Source: Antechinus flavipes
Lineage: Eukaryota
Reading direction: 5' to 3'
Assembly: GCF_016432865.1 (NCBI RefSeq)
Contig: NC_067399.1
Coordinates: forward strand, 456,816,001 to 456,880,000
Length of the DNA stretch: 64,000 bases
Shown piece after piece: positions 50,303 through 62,870 of the stretch; within the stretch, counting starts at the first letter, position 1, and every line of letters starts with the position of its first letter. The notes beneath the pieces were generated by a model. That model made no database searches. It saw only the letters and a program-made list of their open reading frames with translations, and was not told where the DNA came from. The translations under genes and the position numbers were made by a program.

Positions 50303-50542
50303 TCTCTCTCTCTCTCTGTCTCCTTCCTTCTCTTTCTCTCTTTCTCTCCCACTCTCTGTCTTCTCTGTCTCCTTCCTTCTCTTTTTCTCTCTCTCTCCCA
50401 CTCTCAATCTGTCTTCTCTGTCTCCTTCCTTCTCTTTCTCTCTCCCCCTCCCTCTCTTTATCTCTGTCTGTTTCTGTCTCCTTCCTTTTCTCTCTCTTTC
50501 TCTCTCTCCCCCTCTATCTTCCTTTTCTCTCTGTGTCTCCTT

Positions 50543-50592
<50 letters not shown>

Positions 50593-50697
50593 CCTTCTCT
50601 CTGTCTCTCTCTAGCTGTCTGTCTGTCTCTGTCTCCTTCCTTCTCTCTTTCTGTCTCCTTCTTCCTCTCTTTCTCTCCTTCCTTCCTTCCCTCTCTT

Positions 50698-50728
<31 letters not shown>

Positions 50729-50730
50729 GT
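50303..50730 (+). repeat. CT-rich tract with recurring tgtctccttcc anchor and a pure (CT)n core
   Basis: Seen directly. Confidence 0.9.
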
Positions 50731-51865
50731 ACCTACCCTTAAATGGTGTTTTTCTTGTTCTCCCAATTCTTTTTCATAATTGCCACTGCTGGTGCCTATT
50801 TTACCTCTTATTTTGTCTGTAATCTCTTCTCCTAAATAAAACTACCCTTTGGCAAAGAAAAAAAAAAAAAGGAAGTAATGAAGAACATGACCAAACATTT
50901 GATAATGTTATTCCAAATTATTATCCTCTTAGGTTGTCATTTCTTCATATGCATTTTCTCATCTTATCAAAACACAGAATTTCATATTCAGAAAGAACCT
51001 TAATGGTGATTTCATCTAATCTTTACCTGATACATGGATCCCCTGTCCTATATTTAGAATCAACCTTTGAGGTATTCATAGCAGGTATTTTCCATTTTAC
51101 AGAAGGGCTAAGTGAAGTTCAGTCTAAATAAATGACTTTAGTGAATGGTAAGTCAAGGACAAAATACAGGCCTTCCCAACCCCATTTGATATTGTACCAA
51201 AATGTACTGTACTCTCCCTCTCTGGTTTCTTTTTCCTGTAGCATTATAAAATGCTAATAATAATAAAGAATTTGAGTCTCCTGGGGTAAAAGTAACCAAA
51301 GGGTTGCCAAGCAGACACTTTCAAGCAATGAAGGAAAGGGATGTTGTTGCATTTTGACTCATTATTTGTGTGACTATGGACAAATCACTTCACCACTATG
51401 GACCTCAGTTTCCTCATCTACAAAAAATAATCAGAGTTCTCCAATGTGTCTTCTATTTTTACATCCTCTGATCCTTCAGGCTATGATCTGCCCTGACATT
51501 CCTCAGACTAGTATCCCTTGGGTGAAATCCATTAACTTATCTGATGATTCCTGGAATCTGAGGATTTCTGGAAACAGATACATACCTAGGATATGCCCTA
51601 AAGGTAGGGTAGAGTTTGTTATATTGGTTCAGTTTGTCATAGTTACCTGAAAATTTATAGAGAGGTGCCAAGAAATCCGAGCCTCTACAGGGCAGGAAAT
51701 CTCCTTGACATCCAAGTTACTACTGGCACCCCTGCTATTCCATCAAGATATCTCCCCTCTTTGTGATCTCTCAAATCCACAAAGGCAAAAATCATTCTAT
51801 AAAACATTTATATGAGAAAAGTGGAAGAGCTACAGCTCATTCACTATATCTGACTCCTCAAAGAC

Positions 51866-51901
<36 letters not shown>

Positions 51902-52356
51902 AGGAGGGAGGTATATGTGTTTGTGAGGGGGAAAGCATCACCAAAAGAACCTACTGGATTTTTCATTAGAAGATTAAGGCTTGAAATCATAGATGTAACC
52001 ACTCAAAATCAGTCACTTAGAAAAGTCTAATGGGAGAAATTAAAGCCTTCAGACAAAGATTCCAAGGTGCTTTTCATGTAAACTTTGTAACACCATTGGG
52101 CATTGTGTTTCTAACCTCTCAAGTTTACTTGAATGAATGAATAAATGAATGAAAACATTTATTAAATATTATGTATCAAGCATTGTAGATAGGGAACAGG
52201 AATAGGAACTTAACCTGTGATTTTATTGGTAAGGGGATTTTCCACATAAAGAAACTCCTTCAGTCAGTGTAGTTCAGTCCTGTTTCTGCAATTCAGGATT
52301 GAGAAGTTACTAAATAACTTGTCCAGGATTATAAAAGCCAGTAACTGTCAGAAATG

Positions 52357-52709
52357 TGTAAAGGGCTGTAACTCTTGAGTTGATGCACTGAGGTCGGACA
52401 ACCAACCACTTAAGGCTAATTGCCTATTGAACAATAATCTATAAGCATGTGCTTGGAAAATGTCCCTTCCCATTATCCTGTGCTGGCTCGATAATTGGTG
52501 TATACAGAGAATTGTAGGAGGGACTAGGGGGTGGAGTAAGACTAGACAGGGTCACTTTGGCGGTAGACGAGGAAGGAGGAGGTCATGGAGATCCTGCGTC
52601 CATCCAATTCACTCCTACCTCTAAAGACCAAGAACAAAGACTAAAGACTTTTGCTTAGCCTGACTCCGGCTGATTCTAAGGTATCCAGGGTGCTAATGCG
52701 GCCATCACA
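52357..52709 (+). mobile_element. Solo ERV LTR, 353 bp, inserted in a MIR
   Basis: TG...CA ends; perfect 6-bp TSD gaaatg at 52351-52356 and 52710-52715; host MIR reads through (gtaactgtcagaaatg|ggacttgaatccaggtc); about 7 CpGs. Confidence 0.92.
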
Positions 52710-52755
52710 GAAATGGGACTTGAATCCAGGTCTTCCTGGCTCTGAGGAGCCATAC

Positions 52756-54517
52756 CAGTGTTTCCCATTTAGTGGGCTTGTGATGATGGTCCAAATAATT
52801 TATGCTAAGAATTCTTTAATAGCACCTTAAGTAATAATTAATAATTATCAATAATTAAGTAACATTATTTAATTAAAGTAATTCATTAATTGATAATTAT
52901 GTAATAATTACCTAGTTATGATATGTATTGTGCTTATGTATATGCATATATGTATAGACATGTGTGAGCATGTTACTACATATATTTGTATATATACATA
53001 TGTAAATACATATTTATGAATATATTATATGTATTTTTTCTATGACAAGCATATGAATGTTTGAAGCATATTTGTTCCTACAGCAATTTGAAACCATCAT
53101 GATCACTTGATTACAAATTTTGTTGGTTGTATAGCAATTACATTAAACTATGATTGCTTCTGACTAAGAAGCAAGACATGTTTTTGCAGTTTATTAACTT
53201 GTCATAAAATTGTTTCCAAGATACCACAGAGATTTTCAATAGATGGTCAGATGAATATGCACACTCTCATTTGTATTCAGCGTAGTGCACCATTATGGCT
53301 CCTTCCTTTCCCCACTCCTTACTTTGTCATCATACCTCTTCACTTATGTAATTACATGATCAAGATGTCATGAACATTTACATTGTTAGTGTAAGGGCAG
53401 TCTATTTGTAAATCATGAGTGTTGTGTATGTACATAACAAGACATTCCAAAACCATCACAGATCACCATGAAAAATCTGCAAAAATAAATCTTAAGTTTC
53501 CTCTCTTTGTAATATTAAGACCATTTTCTAATTTATACATAATTTCTATCTACATTATTATTTTTCTCTCTGGTGGATTTTCAAATAAATTGATTGGCAA
53601 CATTGGCCAATCATTTGGAACAGTTCCTCTGAAAGTATATAGCCTGTGTGCCGGTGGTAGAAGGGAAGAAAGCAATGTCTGAAGATAATTTTCTTCTTAT
53701 AAAGGCTAATGTACAAATAACTTGTTTAAAAATAAAGTGAAATGAACAATTGAATTTTAGATACAATCATCATTTAGATAGCACCTGTCATTAGCTCATG
53801 GAAAAGTAATTATCTTCTATCTCTAACCATTCATTTTCATTAATTAAGTGACTAATTTTTTAAAATGAATTTTCATCAAAAAGAAGATCTTATAAAAGTT
53901 TTTCCTATCATATTCCATATTCCATGTTTGTGTGAGCAAGCATTTTCATTTTATTCCCATTTTCAATCTAAACACAGAAATAAACTCAACAGATTTCAAA
54001 CTGTGTTTTTCTAGCATAGATTCAAATATTAAAAACCTTTGTTCATATAAAAAAGTCCAACATAGAAATTAATTTTAGATATGGTTATATTATATTAAAC
54101 ATCTTTCAAGTAATAACTTATTTAATTAAAAATGTTATTTATATTCAACAATATTTCTAAATTAAAGAAATTTAATAGTGTCTTCCTGAAAATAGTAAGC
54201 TTATGAGGCCTTATTATATTACTCCTGTTAATTTTTACAGAATGTCCCACATAAAATATTCAAAATTATTTATTAATTTTATACTCAAGATTTTTATGAT
54301 TAGAAGTAAAATAAATTTTTATAGTATTATAATTATACAATTTACATTTTAATTTGGAGTTTTTTGAGGGAAAGGTTATTGTAGTTATAGTAAGGACTTA
54401 ATAAATTTAAAAGAATATTCTGAGTAGCTTATTACCCTGAAGGTTCACAACAATTTTTTATAGTTATTGTTATAGTTGAAAGAAATTTGTAGAACACAAA
54501 ATAACTGGAAACCACTG
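52756..54517 (-). mobile_element. Probable decayed hAT-Charlie DNA transposon
   Basis: Ends cagtgtttcc / ggaaaccactg; very AT-rich; minus-strand peptide ENGLNITKRGNLRFIFADF at about 53472-53528 recalls Charlie transposase C-termini; no TSD match. Confidence 0.4.
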
Positions 54518-54594
54518 CAATATTTCTGCCAATATGTCTCCCTGGGAATATACATAAATAAAGGAAATAATCCCTGTCCTCAAGGTGTTTGCAT

Positions 54595-54850
54595 TCTTTT
54601 TTATTCTCAATAGTATTTTATTTTTTCCAAATACATGTTTTGTAAAATTTTGTGTTCCAAAATTTTCTCCCTTGATCCCTTACCTTCCCAAGACAACAAG
54701 CAATCTGTTAAAAGTTAAATATGTGCTATACTTTTAAACACATTTCCATATTTGAATATTATATAAAAAAAATCTGATCAAAAGGAAAAAAAATGAGAAA
54801 GAAAAGAACAGATCAAAAAGGTGAAAATATACTATACTTAGATTCATATT
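54595..54850 (-). mobile_element. L1 3' UTR fragment inside an L2 tail
   Basis: ccttcccaagacaacaagcaatctg...aaaacatatttccatattt; the L2 tail motif caagg..tttacattct is present on both sides. Confidence 0.75.
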
Positions 54851-55559
54851 CAGTCAAGGAGTTTACATTCTAATGAGGGAGACAATACATATAAATACAT
54901 ATAAAGGAATGATGGCTAGACAACTGATATGTGGTCTAGAAAGTCACAAAAGTGGTGAATGCAATAATGAAAAATTTCACCAGTATCCTCTTTCCAGAGA
55001 CAAAGGTAGATGTGTTTGCCACTGGTGATTATAATTCTTTGAGAAAAAGATAGACAGGGGAGAAGTAAAATTGTGGATGACTTATTAAACAGGCCAGGAA
55101 CCAGGCAGAAAATGACTGAGAAAAAGATGAAGATAAATGGTTCCTAAGAAGCACAAGAAGTGAGTATGGACTCTGGTTGTCTGGTTTGAAGATTTAATGT
55201 GCTTGGGTGTGGAAATGGCCTAAACTTTCAAAAGCTCTGCCAGTAAAGAATATGCTTTGATAGGATCTACTAAGATTAAAAAAGTAAAAACCTGATGATG
55301 GATAGAATGCCTGTTATTCCAGTACCGAGCTAGATAAATCGAGAGCTCTGAAGAGGCTTATCACTAGGTCGGCCACAGGATGATGTTACTATGGGCTGCA
55401 GCAACTTATGAAGAGATTTATTTAAGGCTCAGAGGGAATGAAAATAGGAGAGTTACCCATATTGATTACATCACAAATATTTGAAGTTTTGCAGAATGAA
55501 TGTACAGTATATATACACATATCCACATGTATACAAATTTGATATACATACATATATAC

Positions 55560-55793
55560 AAGTAATTAGATGGTACAGTGGATAAAGTACCTGACCTAAA
55601 ACCAGAAACACCCATCTTATTGAGTTCAAATCCAGCCTCAGACACATACTGTGTAACCCTGGGCAAATCACTTTGCCTTAGTTTATTCATCTGTAAGTGA
55701 GCCAGAAAATGAAATGACAAGCCACTTCAGTTTCTTTGCCAAGGAAATCCCAAATGGGATCATAGAAAGTCAGACATGAATGAACAACAACAA
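55560..55793 (+). mobile_element. Mar1-type SINE
   Basis: agccacttcagtttctttgccaaggaaatcccaaatgggatcatagaaagtcagacatgaatgaacaacaacaa. Confidence 0.85.
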
Positions 55794-55851
55794 TGATATA
55801 TATAAACACAGCTATATGTTATTGTTATCTTGTTATCTCTATGTAAGATTG

Positions 55852-56004
55852 ATCTAGAGTCTATGTACTTATTTTTAAATATAATTTACTAATTCTCTTC
55901 AAATAATTGATTTCTTTTGTAATACTATATATTTAATTCTATGCATTCAAAACATTTTTCTGCAAAGAATCTATACATGTTACCAGACTGCCCACAGGAT
56001 CCAA

Positions 56005-56058
<54 letters not shown>

Positions 56059-56087
56059 AAAACAAACAAAAACTCTTAAGAACTCTG
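55852..56087. mobile_element. hAT-Charlie-type MITE (third copy) with internal (CA)n at 56004-56055
   Basis: atgcattcaaaacatt...ccagactgcc..aggatcca; right end ttaagaactctg; flanked by atctagag and ctctagat. Confidence 0.6.
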
Positions 56088-56269
56088 TCTCTAGATCCTA
56101 CAAATCAGCAAAATAAACACTTTCAAGAAGGACTAAGATAAATCCATGGATTAAAAACTTAAAGTGACTTTGTTTCAGTACAGGGAAGAGGATTCTGGCT
56201 ACATCCCTAACCTCAGAGGATAAAGGCATAGAGATAACACCATTCTACCCCATGGGAAGAGGCATCCTG

Positions 56270-56440
56270 AGTTGAATGAATCATTGGTCTGGCTCAGGAA
56301 GACAAATATAAGGGAGCACTTTCTAATAATTCAAATTGACAAAAGTACAATGGGTTACCTGGAGATATAATGGGCTCTTTATCACTTACGGTCCCCAAGG
56401 GGAGACTGGATGATCATTTTCTCCATAGAAGGGATTTCTG
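56270..56440 (+). mobile_element. CR1/L3 3' fragment
   Basis: cactttctaataattc..aaaagtacaatggg..acctggag...atcactt..ggtccccaagggagactggatgatcatt. Confidence 0.65.
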
Positions 56441-56989
56441 GCCTGGCCAGCAATGAGTTCATTCATCAATCATTCATTAAGTGCCTACCTTGGGCCAAAC
56501 ATGTGCTAAATACTAAGGATACAAAATATAAAATAAAATAAAAAATCCTTGTCCTTGAAAACAAACAAAAATCTTGTTTTGGCTAGAGTAGATGACACGA
56601 GTTGAATCTTGAAAATATGTGGGGACTCTAAGAGACAAAAGGTGAAAAGAAAAAAAAAAAGAAAAAAAGAAAAGGGAAAAGAAAAAAGCACTTATTAAGC
56701 ATCTACTATGTGCCAGGCATTGTGTTCAAGCTTCACAGGCTATCTTTTTTTGATTCTTATAACAACCTTATGAAGTAAGGTTTTTTTTTTTTTTGGTAAT
56801 TTTATAATTTTTCATAATTGAGGAAATAGAGGCAGAAGAAACCAGAATAACTTGAATTTTATCCTAGAGGCAAAAGAGAGTCACTGAAGCTTTTTGAATT
56901 AGAGAGTATCAAGCCAACTCAATAAGCATTTATTAAGCTCTTACTGGTTGAAAAAGTAGGAGCAAGAGAATGGGGAAACAAAATCTGGA

Positions 56990-57960
56990 GAGTGAAGCAT
57001 GACTGACCATTTCCTCAAAATGGATATTCTGGGAGGAACTAACTAATGAGAGATCTGTGTCTTACAAATATCAACTTGATGATTGTGAAGGATGGATTGA
57101 AAAGGGGAGAGAATAGTTTAAGGAAGGATAATTAGAAGAATATTGGTAAGGAATGAAGAAAGAAACAGCAAAAGGAGAAAAGGGAACATATGTGAAAGAT
57201 ATCATAGAAGGAGAATGAATAAGATTTAGCACTTACTGAATAATCATGAAAGAAAAGGAAGAAGGAAGAATTGAAATGGACTCCCAGGTAGTTAACTGGA
57301 AAAATAGTAATGTCTTTAATAATAAATAGAGAAGTTAAGAATGGAGGAAGATTTAGGGGGAAAAGACAATAGCTTCTATACTGAATATATTGATTTTAAG
57401 ATTTCTGTGAGATGTTCAGTTGAAAATATTCAATAGACGTTTAGTAATTTGTTTCTGGATCTCATGGGATACATTAAACATATATGTTGATATGTATAGG
57501 AATGATATTTGAACCATGAGAGCTGGTAAGATTATTCAGAAAGAGAAAGAAAGAAAGGAAGGAGAGAGAGAGAGAGAAGCAGAGAAGGAAAGAGGGAAAG
57601 AAAGAATAGAGAGAAAAAAATGGATAAAGTGAAGTAGATCTGGGACAGAACCTTGAGGGACACCTCATGGTTAGTAATTAAAACATGGATCATGATTCTG
57701 AGAAATAGTGCCATTAGAAAGCTGTGTCACAAAGAATCAAGGAAGATAGAATATGATCATAGAAAAGCATATGGTCAAGAATGCTGAATAAAGATCAAGA
57801 AAGATGAGGACTGAAAAAAGGCCTTTGGATTTGGCAATTAAGAGATCATTGGTAAACTTGGAATGAATGATTTCAGTAAAGTGATGAAATTAAAAACCAG
57901 TTTGTAAGAGGTAAGAACTAAATGAAAGGAGCCAAGAAAAAATGGCAAATAATCCTGATT
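56990..57960 (-). mobile_element. L2 fragment with a GA-rich expansion at about 57538-57620
   Basis: gaaaaaaggcctttggatttggcaattaagagatcattggtaaacttgga. Confidence 0.85.
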
Positions 57961-58369
57961 TTTTTGAGGGAAGGAAAGGTGGGAGTTTGGTTCAGAAAGG
58001 TAGAGATATTAAAAGATAAGTTGAGGGAATACTGGGGCCAAGTACAAGATTTTGTGGTTGCTATTGTTCTGTTTTGGTTTTTGTTTGTTTTTAGGATGCA
58101 TTGGGCAAGATTAGCATAAGTTTTTCCTGAAGTACATTTCACTTTTACTTCTGAGATAAAACTAAATAAATTTGAAGAGATTCAACAATTAAAAATTTAA
58201 AAATAAAGTGATTTATCTTTAATATCAGCAATTGATGAAATACTTTTGTCTTATTTTGTACTGTGTGTAGGTTAGTTACATATTTTCAATGAAAATCTTT
58301 TTCACACTCTAATCCCTCCCCAATCCTACTAATTCTTCAAGTCCCAGTTCAAGTGCTACTTTTTTCATA

Positions 58370-58660
58370 AAGTTCTTAGAGAGGCAGCCTGGAATGTTGA
58401 ATAGAGTGCTTAACGAGGCATCAGGAAGACCTGTATATTTAACATTTCCCAGCACTATGACTTTTTAGCAAGTCTTTTAACCTCTCTGAAACTTTTCTCT
58501 TTCTCATCCAAACTCTGAGAAAAAAGTATCTTTTTTAGATTAGAAGTTCATTGATCTATAAAATAGGGATAAGAATTTCAGTAGCATCTACCCTGTAGGG
58601 TTGTTTTGAGGTTCTGAAGAGATAATATGTTTTAATTACAAATAATATCATTAATGCTAT
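58370..58660 (+). mobile_element. MIR
   Basis: tataaaatagggataagaatttcagtagcatctaccctgtagggttgttttgagg. Confidence 0.75.
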
Positions 58661-59639
58661 TGTATGGTAAATATAAACATAGCTATTTCCAAATAAATAT
58701 ACACAATAGTAATATATTATGCAAAGATTACCCATATGTGATATATATGGATAATGGCATGGAATTATACATAGTATATGTGTGTGTGTGTGTGTATTTG
58801 TGTGTGTGTATGTATATAACCTATAAAATGCTTTGCAAGTTTTAATACCATAATCTTCCCTTTTCTACCAATTCTAAATAATCTTGCTCTTGGGACTCTA
58901 ATAAGCAATCGTTATCAACAGTTGGAATCCTATCACCTCTTGAAATCCCTTGAAATCTTATTACCAAGCAAGCTGGCTCTGTTTTAGATAATAAATACCT
59001 TCTCTGCTCCCTCAGTTGCCTCTCCCTTCTGATTGTAGGACTAGAGGGTGGAGTAATAAACTACTGCCAAGACCTTCCTCATAGAAGATTCAATACTTTT
59101 CGGATTTCAGATAACCTTATTTTCCATTCAGCAGCTCTGCTTGTTTTCAAGACTCCATGAACATCATGCCCTTGGTACCCTCCCTCAACCGTCTAATTTC
59201 AGCTTCCTTTTTGTGCATTTCCTTCCCACATTAGACTGCAAGCTCTTTAAAGGCAAGGAACTGTCTTTCTTTTTTTATTTGTGTTCCCAGTACTTAGCAC
59301 AATACCTAGATCACAGTAGGAGTTTAGTGAATGTTTATTGAATTGAACTGAACCTCAATACAATACGTTACCCAAGACAGGTAGTCCTGATTGCTCTATT
59401 AATTAAAATGGAAATTAATTATTTCATGCAAATTAAAATCCCTTCCATTCTTTATCAGCAAGTCTTGAAGTCCAGTGTGGTATAGTTGACACTTTATCTC
59501 TCATTAATGATTTTAATTGTACATATGTTGTTTTTCCTATTAGCATGTAAGATATTTGAGATCCGGGATTGATTACACTATATATATATCTAATCTCAAT
59601 GGTTAGAAAAGGACCTTAAGGCCTATAGTAATTGACTAA

Positions 59640-61500
59640 TACTTGTAAATCACCTCGTTATTCTTAGTTGTGAAGACAACCCATTTCTCCTTCTGTTCAT
59701 AGCATCTTCAACCTTCCTGACACTTAGGTTTGCAACAATGGAATCATCTTTACTTTTTCTTCTCCTACAACCCTCATACACAATCAGTTGCCAACACCTG
59801 TCAGCAAGTATTCCCTCCGGGTCTTTTCTTCTCAATCTCTTCTTAATTTTCTACAGTCTTGCTTCTTATCTCATCATTCAACTCAAACTACTCTCTCTGT
59901 ATTTCACCTTTTTATTTTGTTGTTGTTTGCTTTTTTCTTTCCTATGTTTTTTCCCTTTTGATCTGATTTTTTCTTGTGCAGCATGATGAATATGGAAATA
60001 TGTTTAGAAGAATTACACATTTAACCTAGATCAGATTGCTTACTGTCTAGGGGAAGGGAGAGAAGAGAGAGAGAAAAAATTTTAGAGCACAAGATTTTGC
60101 AAGATAAATGTTGAAAACTATCTTTGAGTGTATTTGGAAAAATTAATACTATTAAGAAATACTATTAAGAAAAAATCAAAGATACCTACGACCTCTTAAT
60201 CATTAGATATAATGACCTATTCTAAGTTTTCATCCTTTAAGATCTCTCTATAGTCTTTAACATTGTCATTAAATCTCTTCTACAAGTTTTCATGATACTG
60301 CTTTCTCTTGTTTTTTTCCTTGCTTGTCTGATCTTTCTTAGTGTACTTTGCTGACTCTTCATCCAAATCATGGCCATTAATTGTAAGTGTCCCCATAAGT
60401 TCTATTCTATGAAATCTTAACTTTATTCTCTCTACCATTTTGCTTGATGATATCATCAGCTCCTATGGTTTCAATCACTATTTCTAAGTAGATGATTCTT
60501 AGATCTATTTATCCTGCCCTAACTTCTCCACTGCCTAGAAGGCAGGTCACAGACAACTTATATACAACATGTTCACAACTTTACTTATTATCCTTCTCCC
60601 CAAACCCTTTCCCTTTTCCAACTTCTCTTTCACTGTTAAGTGCATTATCATCCTCACAGTTACCTAAGCTTACAAATTAGGTATCATTCTTAGGTTTTTA
60701 CTTTCTCTCGTTGACTATATCCAATCAATTGTCAAATATTGTCATTTTTACCCTTATAGCAGCTCTCAGCTACTCCTCTTTCTCTCCTCTGACACTACCA
60801 TCTCCCTAGTACATACCTTCTCAAACTTCCTAACTGTACTACTAAAGTAGCTTTCTGTTTCATCCCCCTGCCTCAAGTTTTTTTCCCATTCTAATACAGC
60901 TGCTATTCAGTTGTCAAATTTGCATACTTAAAATGCAGGTTTGACCAAGCTAACCTACCATTTCCCCCAATCAATCAATTCTAGTAATTTCTTTTACCTT
61001 CAGAATCAAATACAAAATCTTCTTTTTGATTTTTAAATATTTTCATAACCTTGCTCTTTTTCAGTCTACTTTTACCTGCTCCATGTTTTTTTTGCGATCC
61101 AGTTGACAATAGTTTCTTTGCTGTTCCTCATATAAGATAGTCCATTTCCCAAATGTACATTTTCATTGACTGTCCCCCATGCTGGAATTTTGGATCCTCA
61201 TCTTCACCTTCTGGCTTCCCTGCCTTCCTTTAAGTCCCAGCTAAAAATATCATCTATAAAAAAGCCTTGGAATTATCCACCTCCTTTATCTCCATTAGTG
61301 CCTTTCTTCTATGATCTCTCCAATCCATCCTGTATGTATCTCATTTATATATATCTGTGTATCATCCATTTGTATATATCTATTTGTGTATCATCTGCCC
61401 CTTAAACTGTAAGCTCATTGAAAGCCTTTAACCTTTCTTTGTATCCTGAGCACTTAGCACAATGTTTGGTACATTATAGATAATTAATAAAGGCTTGACT
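59640..61500 (+). mobile_element. L2 interrupted by an L1 3' UTR (about 59880-60165)
   Basis: L2 body and tail; L1 UTR catgatgaatatggaaatatgtttagaagaattacacatttaacc. Confidence 0.8.
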
Positions 61501-62484
61501 TTATTTGCCAATTCTACCTCCAAAACATTTCTTCTATCTATTTCCTTTTCTCTGTTCACATGTCCTTTTTCTTTAGTTTTTGTCCTTATCATTTCTTTCC
61601 AGATGCTTTTGATAGCCTCCTAATTAGTCTCCCTGCTTCCGATTTCTTCCCTCTCTGATATATCTTCTACACAGTTAACAAAAATGATTTTCTGACTGCA
61701 TTAATCCCATGTTTAAAATGTCTCAGATACATTTTATTGTCCCTAGGATTAATTACAGACATTTTGGCATTTAAAGTCCTTTACAAACTGATTCCAACAT
61801 ATTTTTACAGACAGATTTCATATTACTACTCCATACATTTTGTTAGCTCAGAAGATCTGGATTTGAATTCTCAGCACATATAGTTGTGTGACTATAAGCA
61901 AATCACCTAACCACCTCAGAGCCCCAAATTCCTCATCTATAAAAAGGGATTGAATCACAACATTTATGTGAATATTACCTTTTGGTGGTGTTGGGAGAAA
62001 CCCCTTTGCTAACCTTAATGTAAAATAAAAATGGTATCTACTGATCTGATCACTATAAGGAAAAAGATGAAAAATAATTTTCAACAACTAGACAGGACCA
62101 AAATAAGACAAAACTTGAACATCTTCATACCATAATACTTGCACTGTGGCCATCATTAGTTACTGTTTCCTGCCAGAACCTTTAACTCTACTCCCTGCAT
62201 GCTGAGTTCTGCCTTACCTTGTTAGAACCAAGCCTCCATATCATTGTCACTTTCCAGTTATCTACCTATCATCCATCTGCCTGTATACCTGCTCTCTTTA
62301 AGTTCCTTCCTTATGTTTCATTTTCTTTTATTAGAATAAACTCTTCAAGATCAGGAGATTGTTTTCCTTGTGTTTGTCTCTCCAGTGTTTTAGCCACTGA
62401 GTCACCAGGAGTATCTGTAATACCAATCACAAAAGCAATTGTCTGCTGAGATTGGATCAGTCATAGAGTTGGTATCTCAGAGAT

Positions 62485-62620
62485 CAGACGGAAATCTTTT
62501 TCTACAACATCCATTATGACAAGGCTCCTAGTGATGGCAAATTCAAACCATTCAAGGTATTAACTCCACTTTTGAATTGCTCTAATTGTTAAGAAGTGTT
62601 TGGTTTGGGTTTTGTTTTCC
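62485..62620 (-). mobile_element. CR1/L3 3' fragment
   Basis: ccactttgaattgctctaattgttaagaag antisense CR1 motif. Confidence 0.6.
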
Positions 62621-62659
62621 ACATAAGAAGTCTATACCTGACTTCCTATAGCTTATAGA

Positions 62660-62870
62660 ATGAAAGATTTTGAGCAGGAAATAAATTTATAGGTCACTGA
62701 GTCCAATAATCATCCCTCCTCTAGTTTTATAGACAAGAAAATTGAAGCACAGAGAGACATTAAATAAATTGGCCAGGAATACACAGCAGGAAAAAGTCTG
62801 AGACAGGACTGAAATCCATGTCTTCTTGACTCCAAGATCAGTGTCCTATCCACTTGGCCATGTTGCTTTG
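62660..62870 (-). mobile_element. MIR3
   Basis: ttttatagacaagaaaattgaagcacagagagacattaaataaattggcc. Confidence 0.7.

Noticed and set aside
55290-55390. C/D-box snoRNA (tgatga...ctga)
   Set aside because: The C box is non-canonical (CTGATGA), there is no terminal stem, and no guide is recognisable.
30130-59350. Tail-to-tail L2 pairs as miRNA sources (miR-28/151 type)
   Set aside because: There are many L2 tails, but I found no adjacent inverted pair.
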